Source: Trichoplax adhaerens (lineage: Eukaryota > Animalia > Placozoa). From it: a stretch of 64,000 nt of DNA. Every line of letters starts with the position of its first letter. Positions within the stretch are counted from its first letter, which is position 1. Positions 1 to 13,100 of the stretch are shown in pieces. The DNA is taken from assembly GCF_000150275.1 (NCBI RefSeq), contig NW_002060945.1:569872-633871 (forward strand), given 5' to 3'. The position numbers and the translations under genes are program-made. The notes beneath the pieces are model-generated. The model worked only from the letters and a program-made list of their open reading frames with translations, did not search any database and had not been told where the DNA came from.

Positions 1-162
1 CTCTCCAATGCATGTTCATGTTGTTGATGTAAAGGCAACTGCTATTTCTTCTGTCCAGCGAAACATTTTAAAATCGATAATTAGAAGCAAATTTTGGCGT
101 CACTTTGTGTACTGGCTGTTCTCTTGTAATGTAATCCGATATACTATTTTTAATTATGATAG

Positions 163-3100
163 AGATTGCATTCAGCATGTAATCAAAGATGCTAAAACGC
201 CTTGTTGTCCTCTATGTAAGGAAGCTATTACCAAAAGGTATGCCTATAAATTATACTGTATAATAATGTAATCTACCAGCAAGGATACTAATCTTTACGA
301 TATGCATGTTCAAAATTGTATTTCACTGCAAGTCTGCACGTTGTTACGTTCACCACACTACATTCCTTATTACTATAATGTAACTGTTTGCTAATACATG
401 CTAAGGTCAAGCTCTTTTAATCAATTTAGGAGTTTAAATACTAGATCCAGCCATGAAAAATTTGTGCAAGTTGTGAAAGATGTCGAACTAGCATTTCAGC
501 AAGACTTGGATGAATTACAAACAGAAACAACAAACAAGAAAGTAAGAAAAAATTCATCCCAAACAGGTATTAACTGTAGTGCATACAGTACATTAATCAT
601 AAAATCTTTTAAATGTTCATTTACTAATGTCAAAATATTCTCTTGTGCCTTTGCCGTGTTTATTCAAGATTCTACTATAACTCGTGGAAATGATAAAAGA
701 AGTAATAGCAAGCAGATCACTAGAACGACCTCAATGGATTCTGGAAATAATAAAATATATCCAGATAACAAACAATCCCAGAATAGCCAGCTATCAAGTA
801 AATCTCGTAGCATGCCTTGTCAGAATTTACATTCTCACACTTCGACAGATAGAAAGGATGGTAAATCTGAATCTCAAAATGGTGGTGAAACGATACTACA
901 TTCTGGTCTCTCAGAAAATACTACTGTCGTTAGCCAAGACAAGGTTCGATTTGAACTTATTAAATCGAAGCGAAAATTAGCTTCAAAATCTATCAGACAT
1001 GGATTTGATAAACGAACTAGTGGTTTATCATCGTCATTCGATAACGCATGCACTTCTAATGATAGCATCGACAATTTCTCTTCTAAGAGATCTGATAGAA
1101 ACAACGATAATGTAAAATTAACGGCAAAAAATATGCAAACGATAGATTCGTGGTTGCGTAAAGATATTAACAGCCAAGTTCCCAGCCAAAAGAATGATAA
1201 AGGAGAACTGGAGAAAACTGTAAATAAAATGGTTGAAAGATCGCTAATTGGTAATCATGGGACAATCTATTTAGCTCGAGATAAAGCAGATCCTACATGG
1301 GAATTATACTCTTCAATTACAGATGTTACAAGCCCTAGTCAGAAATGTAACCCCATGGAAAATCAGGAAGAATCACGATCATCTACAAAACATCCAATTA
1401 ATCTAGCATCATCTTTTATCGTAGCTCTTACGGATTCCCAAAAACTTCGAAATAGCAAGTCAGAAGTGGGTGCCTGTGTTAAGAAGTCCGAGGATTGGAT
1501 CGACCTAATAGAAAAAGATATGCAACAGATCAACACAAATAATAATAGTCAACATAGTGAAGAGAACGAGAAGATTATTTCAAAGTCCCTCAGCAAAGAT
1601 GGAGAAGGCTTGACAACTCAGTTAGATTTGAATACATTAACACCTGAAATGAAGTCATCGTCACAAAATTATCAAGAACAAAAGCATCATTCAGACCTAA
1701 AAACATCTATCAAATCGAATCAGATAGCTAATAATAGTAATACTACTCCTAAACGATTTTTTGCTGGTAGTATAACTCGAGCAATGCAAAAGTGGAAAGA
1801 CTCTTCCGCGAATAGAACACCAAATACCAATCATGTAAAAGCCCGACTACGGAGACTTAACATCCGAAGAAGAAACGATCGACTAGCTACAGAACATATT
1901 AAAATTGATAGCAGTATGCTCTCGGTCCAACAAGAAGCTCCGAAAGTTGCGTTAATGTCCACGAGCAACGGTGACAACAATAGCGATAGTAATAAAATTT
2001 CGAGTTCTGCATCCTCACAGAAAAGAAAAACCTCACCATCTGCTACACCAATTCAGATTGCACAAGAAAAATTCGACAGTAGCTCTAATGCAACTCACGA
2101 TTGTGGTAAAAGTAACCATTGTATACCCAAAATGGGAATTTGTCACTCAGAAAGTATTTCTTCAGATGGTGATAGTGCGCGCAATATTGGCGGTAAATTA
2201 TATATTCCTGATAGTATCAGCAGTTCATCTATGGAAACTACCTGTGAGGGTACACCACATTCACATAACCTAAATCATGCCTTGTCACAAGAGAATTTAA
2301 ATTCTGATCAAGCTTTACCAGAAGCACCAACGAATTCCCAGGAATCCCTAATAAATCGGGTAAAAATAGTACAGCCTACGAAAACGCCATCTAAACGTGT
2401 TTCATTGGAATCGTCATTTCCAGACAGACCTCGAAAGAAACATACAGCATTACCGGTAGATATAGGTAAGAATTAAAATTCATTTCGCATCATTAAAGGT
2501 TGACCTTAATAATGCCTTGAAAAATTTTCTCATGTATACGCAGCAAAAATTGAAGGTACTTTTAAAGTTCCACACCACCGTGCTCAATCAACGACAAAAT
2601 GCCAAAATATTAAAATTACAACGGAAGACTCAATAGCAAACTATGATCATCAATCGACTAGTGTGAAGGATACGGATCAAAACTTAACTAGTGTTCTTGA
2701 TAATCAGTTTATAGAAAATAGTGAATCTATGCCTCTGTTTCTTTCTAATTCTGATGCACTCGTACCAAGACATAAAACATATAATATTGACCATGGTCAT
2801 ACCAAAAGTCAAGGTAAACAAAAACAAAGATCATATTGTTATAGTAAGCAGAGTTTTGATAGACTAAACTTAATATCTACATTTTCATTAGATATTAAAG
2901 GTAGCTCCGAAAGCAATCATTATTGCGGTGAACTTACTTCAAAATATAAGAATTTAATACCTGGTGGTGACGGTCGCAAGGAAGCGGATATTTTTGTTTC
3001 GCCAGACAGTGATTTAATGGATTACCCATTTAATAAATATCAGCAGAGAGAAGCAATCCAAACATCAGATTCAAAATATTCGACTGAGAAAGACTATAAG

Positions 3101-5754
3101 TCGGAAACCATAAATTTTGTACCAGATCCAGCTCTTGAGCCCAGCGCTAGTGATGAAAACAATACAAACTCATACATACTGAAACAAAATTACGTAGTTC
3201 CTAATTCGGAAGAGTTAATGCGGCAACTAGAATCTTCTAAGATACATGGTAATAATGATGATGAAGTTAGGCGTTGTAAATATGTCTGTATATATAAATC
3301 TATCACTTTTGCCTTTTAATATGTAAAAATATCGATTTATCCTTCATTTTAGAATTATCTACTAGTCAGGAATCAACTCAAAATTCTTCTTTTTTGGATT
3401 TTTTTGGTATTGATTCTAAGAATAATTAACGCTAATTCAATTCCACATACTACATTATCTAATCAGAACCGTAATTTTTTTGCTCTTTGCAGACGACAAT
3501 AATACTGATAATCCGGAATCAATTGATTCGCAGGTTAGTATACGCGTATTATATCAATCGATTCCTCATATTAGAGATGATATTTTCACTAATTTTTTCT
3601 AAGGTTCTTGAAAATATCCGCGTTAAAATGAACGAAGAGAAAGAAAGAATCGCTAGGATGAAATCTTTACTTGATGCTGCACTACCAACTACATCTAGTC
3701 AATCACCACGAAAGTCAGATTCTTCCCTTGCAAGCGATTTGACATGCACTGTTATGCCGATTAGTACCCAGCCATATATGATTGATAGTGAATCTGATGA
3801 TCATGTCGCTAGCGATAGTGATGACACTCATAGCCTTGAATCGATGGATGGTGACCGTGATCTTAAAGTAGAGAAAAAAAGCGATAATAATGTTTTGCTT
3901 TGGTCTGCGCTAGATAAGCCTGACGATCCAGATGAAGATTCAAAGATAGGTCTGAAAATAATCGAATAGTGTGCTTTTCTGTAGTCAATGGTCGTACAGA
4001 TTACGATTGTTCAGAAATCTTACATAAGTTTTTGAGCTTCTTCTACCTTAAATATACTTTTAACAATAATTTGGTGGTATCTTTTAGAAAATACATTTCA
4101 AGAAAGCCGCAACCTGCAACCAGGAACGGGAAGCGTACGAGTGTTAGCCGAACAAACTAATGCTTCTGATGCGATAGGTTCTGCACGAGTTGCAAAAAAT
4201 GAAAATCTTAACTATAAGAGAATGGGCGTAGACCGAAGCCGACATTCTGACTTCCACAAAAATCATCATCTATCTAGTGACGTCCTCACCTCAAATATTT
4301 CATTAGTCGCGACCGGACTATTGGATAAAGAAAAGGTGGATGATACTCTAGATATAGTATTATTTGCTAATTTTGTTGTTTCTGCAATGCTAACCTTTGG
4401 AATTAAATGTTACGTTTATGTCGTAAAATTTAGCATAAAGTCGCATTGTTAGCTAAGCTTTTTAATGCGAAATTTGCTAGAGAAATTAATCGAACTACAA
4501 CTCATGTAATTGTAAAAGCAGGTAAATAATACAAATTCAACCAGTTCTTCACGTAATGATTACTCTTGTAATGAAGGTGTTCTTATTGCAGACGAAAACA
4601 ATCTAGCAGAATGTACTGTAAAATACTTCCAAGGGATCGCAGCAGGGCTATGCCTTGTGAATTTTCAATGTAAGGAGAATTGATGGTTACTTAATTCAAG
4701 CTGAATCTGGAAAAGTATTTAATGTTGCTTTATACACTTAGGGGTGCTTGAATGTATATCCTGGAATACGCTTATCCCTACGGTAAAAATTCTTATTCCA
4801 TAACATATTAGATATGTAGATGTTGTACTGCCTGTCTTTGGAATAATTAGTATGATGAATTATATGTTTGAAACGAAGGAAATGTACGAAATTAAGGGTA
4901 GTACCAACAGTAATACTCGTCGAAATGAGTTAGGCGCTCCTCGTCGATCTCGATTGGCACGCCTTTCTAAGGTATTTAATGTATATCAGAATTAAAGTGT
5001 TTCGACTATACACCAGTTACTCATGTTTTACACTATATCTTATCCTTTGTAGAAACCGCGACTGTTCGATGGCTATTCTTTCTGCTGTTGGGGACAATTT
5101 TATTCTATAGCCAAAGGTAATGAGGTACAATAACACTTCTTTTTATATCAGACTGATTCTTACATCCATTATTTTATTATTATTATAAATTTTAGGGCAA
5201 TTAAGACGTGTCCTGGAATTTGCTGGTGCTAAAGTCATTGAGGAATCTAGTGCAAGATCTGATAAAGTAGTAGTTTATGTTTCGTTTTGCGTTTTGCGTT
5301 TTGCTACCTTATAACATTTAACAATGTTTGATAAATGCGTCTTTTTTAGATTAAAGGTCTAATTATTATATGTGATCCAGATAACAGCTCGAATGACTTC
5401 TTCGGTAATGAATTAATACATTTGATGTTACAAAATTTTCTTTTCTGAAGAATTTTTAAAATAAAAACATTCCCAATCTAACGATTTTCATTTCCGTGCT
5501 TAGAATTGCGTGAGGCCTTCCTTACTCCACCAATTTCTATTGATTGGATTTTAGATTCCATTTCTAGCTATGAGTTAGTATAGAACAGTTATGCAGAGGA
5601 TATTTCATGGCTAGAATGTTTTAATTGCTCCTCTTTTTTGTCTAAACGCTATAGAATTCATCCAAAGGACCACTATTACCTCTGTGATGTCAACTCTAGC
5701 CAAGTTGATGATCACCATGTAACAACCTATTCTGAAGATACCTCTTTATTCTGA
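163..5754 (+). CDS. BRCA1: BRCA1 orthologue (RING E3 ligase with tandem BRCT), multi-exon, 5'-partial
   Basis: Exon 163-237 (DCIQHVIKDAKTPCCPLCKEAITKR) joins exon 430-566 (SLNTRSSHEKFVQVVKDVELAFQQD), matching the BRCA1 RING end CPLCKNDITKRSL...AFQLD. Large Ser/SQ-rich exons at 669-2465 and 2544-3265. BRCT exons at ~4088-5754: LVATGL..., TTHVIVKA-DENNLAECTVKYFQGIAAG..W, GAPRRSR, LFDGYSFCCWGQF..GQL..VLEFAGA, WILDSISSY. Stop TGA at 5752-5754. Introns are GT-AG. The first RING exons lie before the window. Confidence 0.93.
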
Positions 5755-7161
5755 AACAGTATTATCGTTTGAATTTTAAATTATATATATATAACTTACG
5801 TAATTAATGTAACAAGTTACTGTACGTAGTATAACCAGGGATAAAACTCTTTCGCATTTTCTATATTAATTCCTATCAAAGGTGACAATGTAAAGCTATT
5901 ACCAATTGCAATACCTTACCTGCGGATGGAAAAGTAACAAAAAAGCCTAATTTTGCTTTTAGATATAACAAGATTTCCAGATATGCGATCATGAATTTGT
6001 ATCACCCTTTAAAAATGATCACTGTAATCATTGTAGTAATAATAAGCACATGATACAGTACATGTTTGTAGTAACTTTAGAGTTTCATCCCATGTAAGTA
6101 TCAGTTTTATTCGATATAAATTGGAATCATCGTGGTACAGTATTAATAACAAGCGACAAGATTTTAAAATTTTGAAAAGAGCAATTATATTGATGTTAAA
6201 ATTTGCAAATTTATGATCTGTAAATTAAGCAGACAGTTAAGAATGATGAACACTACAATCGTCATAAAAGACTTTTATGTTCAAAGATTATTATAATCGT
6301 AATGTGCACGTAAAGATTTATCTAATAAATCAATTCTATTATCGGTTTGAACGCTTCTATTTTTGCCATGTTGTTGACAGTATTAAAGTGTAATGATTGC
6401 TTTTCGGCATTACGAACGGAGGATGTAACAACGTACAATCACATTATGTTAGGACTTGACACAGCACCCATGAGCCTGAGTTAGCACGCAGTAACTTTGC
6501 AAAGTTTTGCAAGAAATCTCCTTTATTTGATTTAACAGTATATTTAAATCATAGTTTAGTATTCAAAAACTACAAAATTCTACGTCTTGTAAAGAACGAG
6601 AGTATTCATCTCAAAATTTTTTGCAAGTTCATTAGCCATACATCAAATAATTCTGAGCGAGAAACACGTTAATAGACATGAGTATATTAAACTGTAAGTG
6701 ATTGCTATTGGTCATGATAGAAATAAAATCAATCAAATTAATTGCATTATCGATTGCATTGCGAGTTTGGGAAATATTACTGATAGTTTTACATTCAAAA
6801 TTTACTTTTCAGTATTTCATAAATTGATTTGGAAAGTAAGCTGATATGATTTCGGCTACGGATAAGTAAATCAAGTGATAACCCAGTTACTAGGAATACC
6901 TAAATTAGAAATATTGACTGGCTCTACAGTCACTCATAAACTGTGCAGATAGGCAATGTATAATTGTATACTGTATATGTAAAACATGCTGAGGATATAC
7001 GCTTCTATTTACTAACGAATAATTGATATTAATAATTATAGCCTTATGAGTACTTCATTAATTGCCTTAAATAAGTATTCATATCCACAGGTTATAGTCT
7101 AAATCATAACTTGCAGTGATATTGGTAGGGATTAACGCTGCAAATTACAATTGCTAAATTT

Positions 7162-10100
7162 TTATATTACTTGGCTAATTCGTTTTCGGCGCATTTCGTG
7201 GCATACTTTAATTAATTTTGCAATCTCAGCAACCTATTAATAAAAATAAATATTGTATAGAGCTATAAATGGACTAAGCGTATATGATAACTGATAATTA
7301 TAATTAACAGCGCCTCTATAGAATTACAAGAGATAATAGAAAGCTTCATGATGCACCCTTAAACTTAATAAAAATTTGCTATTTCAAAAGATGGTTTCAT
7401 TTACCTGATTGGTTTCAAATATAATAGATTTAGTTTTATCGATTATGATCTTATAGTTACTATTGGATTCTATGCCAGACCAAGTAATTCTAATAAGGAT
7501 GCAATGATAAAAAAGTATCAAATATCAGCAAAAATACATTTCCATTGCAAGGAACATTAGTATTATGTTTTACTTTGTAATTATATCATACTTCAAAAAA
7601 TGATTCGCTGTATAAAATTGTATATTTTTAATTCAAATAAGTAATAATTCTATGATTATAGCACTTTCAGTTATAAATATACTGCTAAATAATAATCTCT
7701 AAATACCCATTATAATCCATAGTCGATAATGCAACCGATTCTCCTCTTTTATAGATTGTAATGTTCTCATAGCCAATAGCCAACCAAACCTTAGTAACAG
7801 CAAAGCCGCCACTAATAACCTAAATGCACCGAAACATAGGTAAAATTTACGACATTCAAGTAAAGAGCAGCATTTGCGACATCTTTGGTAGCATTGCGAT
7901 AGATGAATACATTATCATGCCTTAACATCATCTGCAGTCGATAATCATATTAATGTAAAAAACTCGCGTTCCTCTTTCTTTGCCTGTGCTATCATGTTTT
8001 ATTTGTTATTGTTTGTAGTTATTTCCAATATACAAGTACAGTTTTGAAGTTTGATACTATGTAGAATAAATTCTAAATTTCTGTAATTTATTAGACGGTC
8101 GAAGAAAATAGAGTGATAAAAAGAATTCACTTAGGCTAATATTCATCTAATTTTGAAATTCTAATTTGGTATTTCTTAGTTATTTTTAATAGCGCCCTCT
8201 AAATAAGTTACCCATACTTAGTAAGAAGTAATTTTAAATACTTATTGCAGTATTATTACAATTAATTTGGTAGTATTATGTTTTGAGTTACTATTCCAAT
8301 TGTAAGGAAAAGATATTTGAATCTTTGTAATAGCAAAGGTCTACATCATGATGCTACAAAATTGTACTTTGGCCCAACATTATGTTGTGAAATGATTTTA
8401 GACTGTTTACTAAAATTATTGAATTTAAAAGTGCTACAAATATAAAATTAATGGTACGCGCATACTGAAATATATACCTACGCCTATTTACAGCAATAAA
8501 ATATTAACTAATGCTTAAACTCACCGAAATATTAGTGTTGAATTGTATGAGCCTTAATTCTTTATAATACTACTGCTCTTGACTACAGTAAATTCAATGA
8601 AATTTATTTATACCTTAACATCGAAAATGGTCGCAGATGAGCCCGGCCACGTTCTGATTATATCCATATACTGCTCTAAAGCCGTATCTTCAGTCATTCC
8701 CTATACAGATACAGTGTGATTGGGATATAAGTAGTAAGTAATAGTAAAATGTATTAAATAGCAATTCTTATCGTGCAATACCTAGCACAATTTGAAAAGA
8801 ACTTAACTACCTTTAGTTGTTTCCATTTTTCCACAATAGAACTTTTAATAGCAGATTTTTCGTCTTCTGTCATTTCTTGAAAGTTTATATTTACGTTTTC
8901 CTCTAAGTGTATGAAATGGAAATGTAGATGACCAATTATTTCAAATCGTTACTCGATGTGAAATAATATTATTTAGGTCTATTATTTATATGTAAATGTA
9001 AACTCTCACAATTTATACAGTAACTACAGCACGAAGCGTAAAAAGCGTTATTATACTAACTAAATCTGAAATTGTATGTATGCTAATCTAAAAATTTTTA
9101 CGCCTTAGATACACTAATTCCTTTAGTATTTATATCCATACCGGGCTTAACTATTTTGGATTGTTTCCTAAATGAGGCTCCCTATAGATTTATTATTGAT
9201 GCTGAACAGTTAATATCCGTAATTATCAGCAATCACTAGTAGATGCTGAAATCCAATAAACTTACCAATGATCCAAAGCCATGACTACTCTTTAATTTAG
9301 ATAGAGGATCTTCCATTTTGATCGATACATCTACAGACTTTTTGATTGGGTAAATTTCTTCTAAATTTGAACTAGATTAAGACACAAAGCAGTTGCACTG
9401 TACATCAAATTCATGGCGACATGATACTTAACCCAAAACCATAATCTAATGAGTCCAAACTGTATCTGCAATGAATAAAATATCTCGCTACTGCAAAATA
9501 GAAATTACATCCAAGCTCCAGCAAAATAGTCTCCATGATTAAATTGTTGGTACAATGCAGCAAGACGAACCAATGTTGGTTCAGAATTCAAGAAGTGGCC
9601 ATTAACGACGGATTCGCGTGCCTATATATGAAAGATAGCATCAAAATTCTTAATTGATTATCGAAATTGATTCCCTAATTAAATTTACGGAAATTATGTT
9701 AAAAAGACAACTGGTAAGTGATCCTATCTAGCATATCTCAGAAAGTAATTGTATGAACAAATAAGAAGGAAAGAATCAGTCCAACCTCTTCAAACATGAG
9801 AAATTCTTCAGCAATGCAAGAAATTGACTTTAGATCAATAAAGCAATATGGTTTAAAAAAGATTTGCCACCGATTAGTCCCTTCTCCAATACCTCGCGTA
9901 CGATAGCTAAACAAAAATGAAACAAGTTCACAACTAATTAAGATATTATACGAATATTTTTAATCTGCAAAGTTGTCGAATACATAAAGTAATCATCAAA
10001 ATATCAACGTAAAATAAATTTTTAACGAGCCAAAATGGATCTATTTAACACATATTTGAGAGATATTAGTATTACTCCACTGTTAAAGTCATTTTCTACT

Positions 10101-13100
10101 AATGCCAGCATACAGTAATATTAGTTGACATGAAAACATAACTATACTTGTTGATACATAAGGTTTGGACAGAGAACAGTATGTAAGAGTAATTAAATTT
10201 ACATTTCAAATTTAGCAAGGATATCAGTCATGACAGTTCTACCATCAATAGCACGGTAAATGGTGCCACACTTCTCAAATAGAGCGTAGCAATTTTTTGT
10301 ATTCGATAACCCTAAGCCTAAGCGTAATCGTTGAACAACCTATAAATAAACAGTTACCGCAATCAATCCATGGGAATTCAAAGTAATTTCTTTAATTTGC
10401 AAAGAGCTTAATAAAATCGGATATAGACAATATTTTCTATCTGATGTACCTCATCAGCGATAATGGATGAATCAACAAGTGCTTTAACAGATGAATTGCC
10501 GTAAGTATAAATGTAAGTTAAAATAGGCCGACGACCCTGGTAGTAGATCAAAAGAGTCGAAAATATGTTTTAGTTTTGAAATTTACAATAGGTAGTTCAA
10601 TCTGAATTACACTAAAGAAATTGTCTCATCTTGCTATACAATTGTTGCATTTTTATACGGAGATGACAGCTGTGCTGTTTATGCACGCTATTTACCAAGA
10701 TAGCAATTATTTCTTCTTTACCCGGCGGATATTCTCTAGATAATAAATAAAGATGCAATTTTATGAGTAATGCAATATAAATCAATGCTGGAATAAGCAC
10801 AGTAATGCAGTTCATTACTTTGTTGCTAAGTTTTACCTAGGTTTGGTTTTCGTGCATGCAGTTAAGCAAAATTCCATAAATTTAGCAGCTTCAGTATTTG
10901 GAAATCTTTTTAAGGATCTAGTAGTCGAAAAATGTAACGGATGATTCAGTTGAATTAACAGTAATAGTGTTGTAAAGATTTTTACATCGCTTACAATAGA
11001 TGAGAAAGTAGTGTATTGCTTCATTTTAGCTATATGTAATGCCAGCAGATGTTGTAGTTGATAAATAATAATTATTATCGCGATATACCTTTGTAGGTAA
11101 AATTTTAAGTAATATAGGTATTTTCTTGAAGGGGCTCTAGTGCAGCATAAACAGGCTAAAAACTGAATATTATTAATTTAATATATATTGTTAGTATAGA
11201 GTCATTTAGACGAAAAATTATAAACGTAAAACCATACACTGTATGGTAACTATTCAATGCTATTCGAAATTAACTGTTATCGAAATGAGTATATTACTCT
11301 CAGTGCATTTATAGAAACTTAAATACTGTAAGTTCTTATATCATTGCTTTAAATAATACCAAGAATATTAATTAATCAATCAAGTAATGTGATTTTGTTA
11401 TCTGTGCTTCCACTAGCAGGAAAATTAACATTTTAATGACTTTGAAAATTCCCTGTAGTCCATACCTGCCAATAACGAAGATTACCAATGGAATCAGGAT
11501 TATTTGATATATTTGTTTGCTTGATAACTTGACAATAAATCTACAAAATACAATTATAGCCAAATCGACAAGTAGGATCTACATTAGCATTGAGTAAAAA
11601 GCAATTAAATGAACAAAGTTTGTCACTGAAGTTAATTTTGTTGATTTTAATTGCTATACGACATCAACTAATCGATCCACGTCAGTACTGCATAAAAAAC
11701 AATCAAATGTTCAGACAAAGTTCGCTACTAAAGTCTGTGTTGATTTTAATTGCTATACGACATCGGCTAATAGATCTACGTTAGCATTGGGTAAAAGTGA
11801 TTAAATGAACAGATAAAGTTTGCTACTGAAATCGATTGTGTTGATTTAAACTGCTATACGACATCCACTTACGCACTGTAAATAATGTGTAAGCGAATGT
11901 GTTTTCATTTACCGAAGAAACCAGCTCAATTTAGTATGCATTCTCACCTCGTCCCGTAACTCTGGCAGATCATGAAACTTTTGCAGTTGACTCTATTAGT
12001 GGCGTACAATTGCAGGATTAAGACTCTGGTATGGCTTTAACTATAATGATACTTAAGATAACAAGCTACTAATCCCTAAATATTACAATCATGTTACAAG
12101 ATAAATAGTTACTTGAATAAGAGCAAGATAATCTCCAACAGTTTCACTAGTCAGTAAGGAGTTGAAAGTTTTTACTGCTTCCTCCGAAATCGTTCCATAG
12201 CCTCGTTTCTTTTTATCTATCACAATGATACCAATCATGCAATTTTATGGATCTCTTGAGTAGATGACTTATAATTGAACTCCACGACATTGAACAGTAA
12301 ATAAGAAATTATAAAATCATAACTAATGCTTCATGTTTACCGTTGGCACCAACAGTTTTTCCATAGGGTAAAGCTAAAAGAGGTGCTTTAATGGATGTAT
12401 TAGAATAATTTAAGATTGGATTAGATCGATAGATGTCTTCTATTTCAACATCATTCGAGTCCTAGTACGGCAATAAAATAATATTAGCTAATACACAACT
12501 TTAGTCCTTATTTATGATATGAAAAACTTAGATGTTTTAACCAATATTTACGGATACCCCCATTATGACAAGTTTACATCTAATACTAAATACAGGAAAC
12601 TTGATAAAGACTCTATCTCAGTTTAGTTAAATAAAGAAATGGTACTTTGACAATTAGTAACCTGCTACGGCAAGTTCATCTTACTTGAAAGATTTTAATG
12701 AAATAGCAAAACAGATTATGAGAGTGTATGGTCTATTAAATTTATTATTAAACCGTTAAAATTTTAAAGGTACATTTATTAGAACGATATGCTGTATTTG
12801 TCCACTTTTGTGGAAATTCAGTTTTATTATTGATGTAACCAACCCTTATTTTGCTAATCAGTCGTTCTGTCGGCATGATCAGTCGAGGTTTGTTATCAAT
12901 AACCTATTAACATAATACGCATTTATGTTAATCTCTAAATATTTCTGGTTGCCCAGAGTTTAAAGCTTATTAATCAAAAAATTGATAAAGATATCGAATT
13001 GATCTGAATCTATTAAATCATTAACAACATTTAATATACCATTTATTTAATTACCCGTTGAATACTATTAACCCATGCCATGGAATCTTCTTGAAACTTG

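Noticed and set aside
11990-12045. Apparent in-frame stops (TAA TAG) in a MYO10 MyTH4 exon
   Set aside because: The TAG is the splice acceptor; the exon starts at [15 protein letters not shown].
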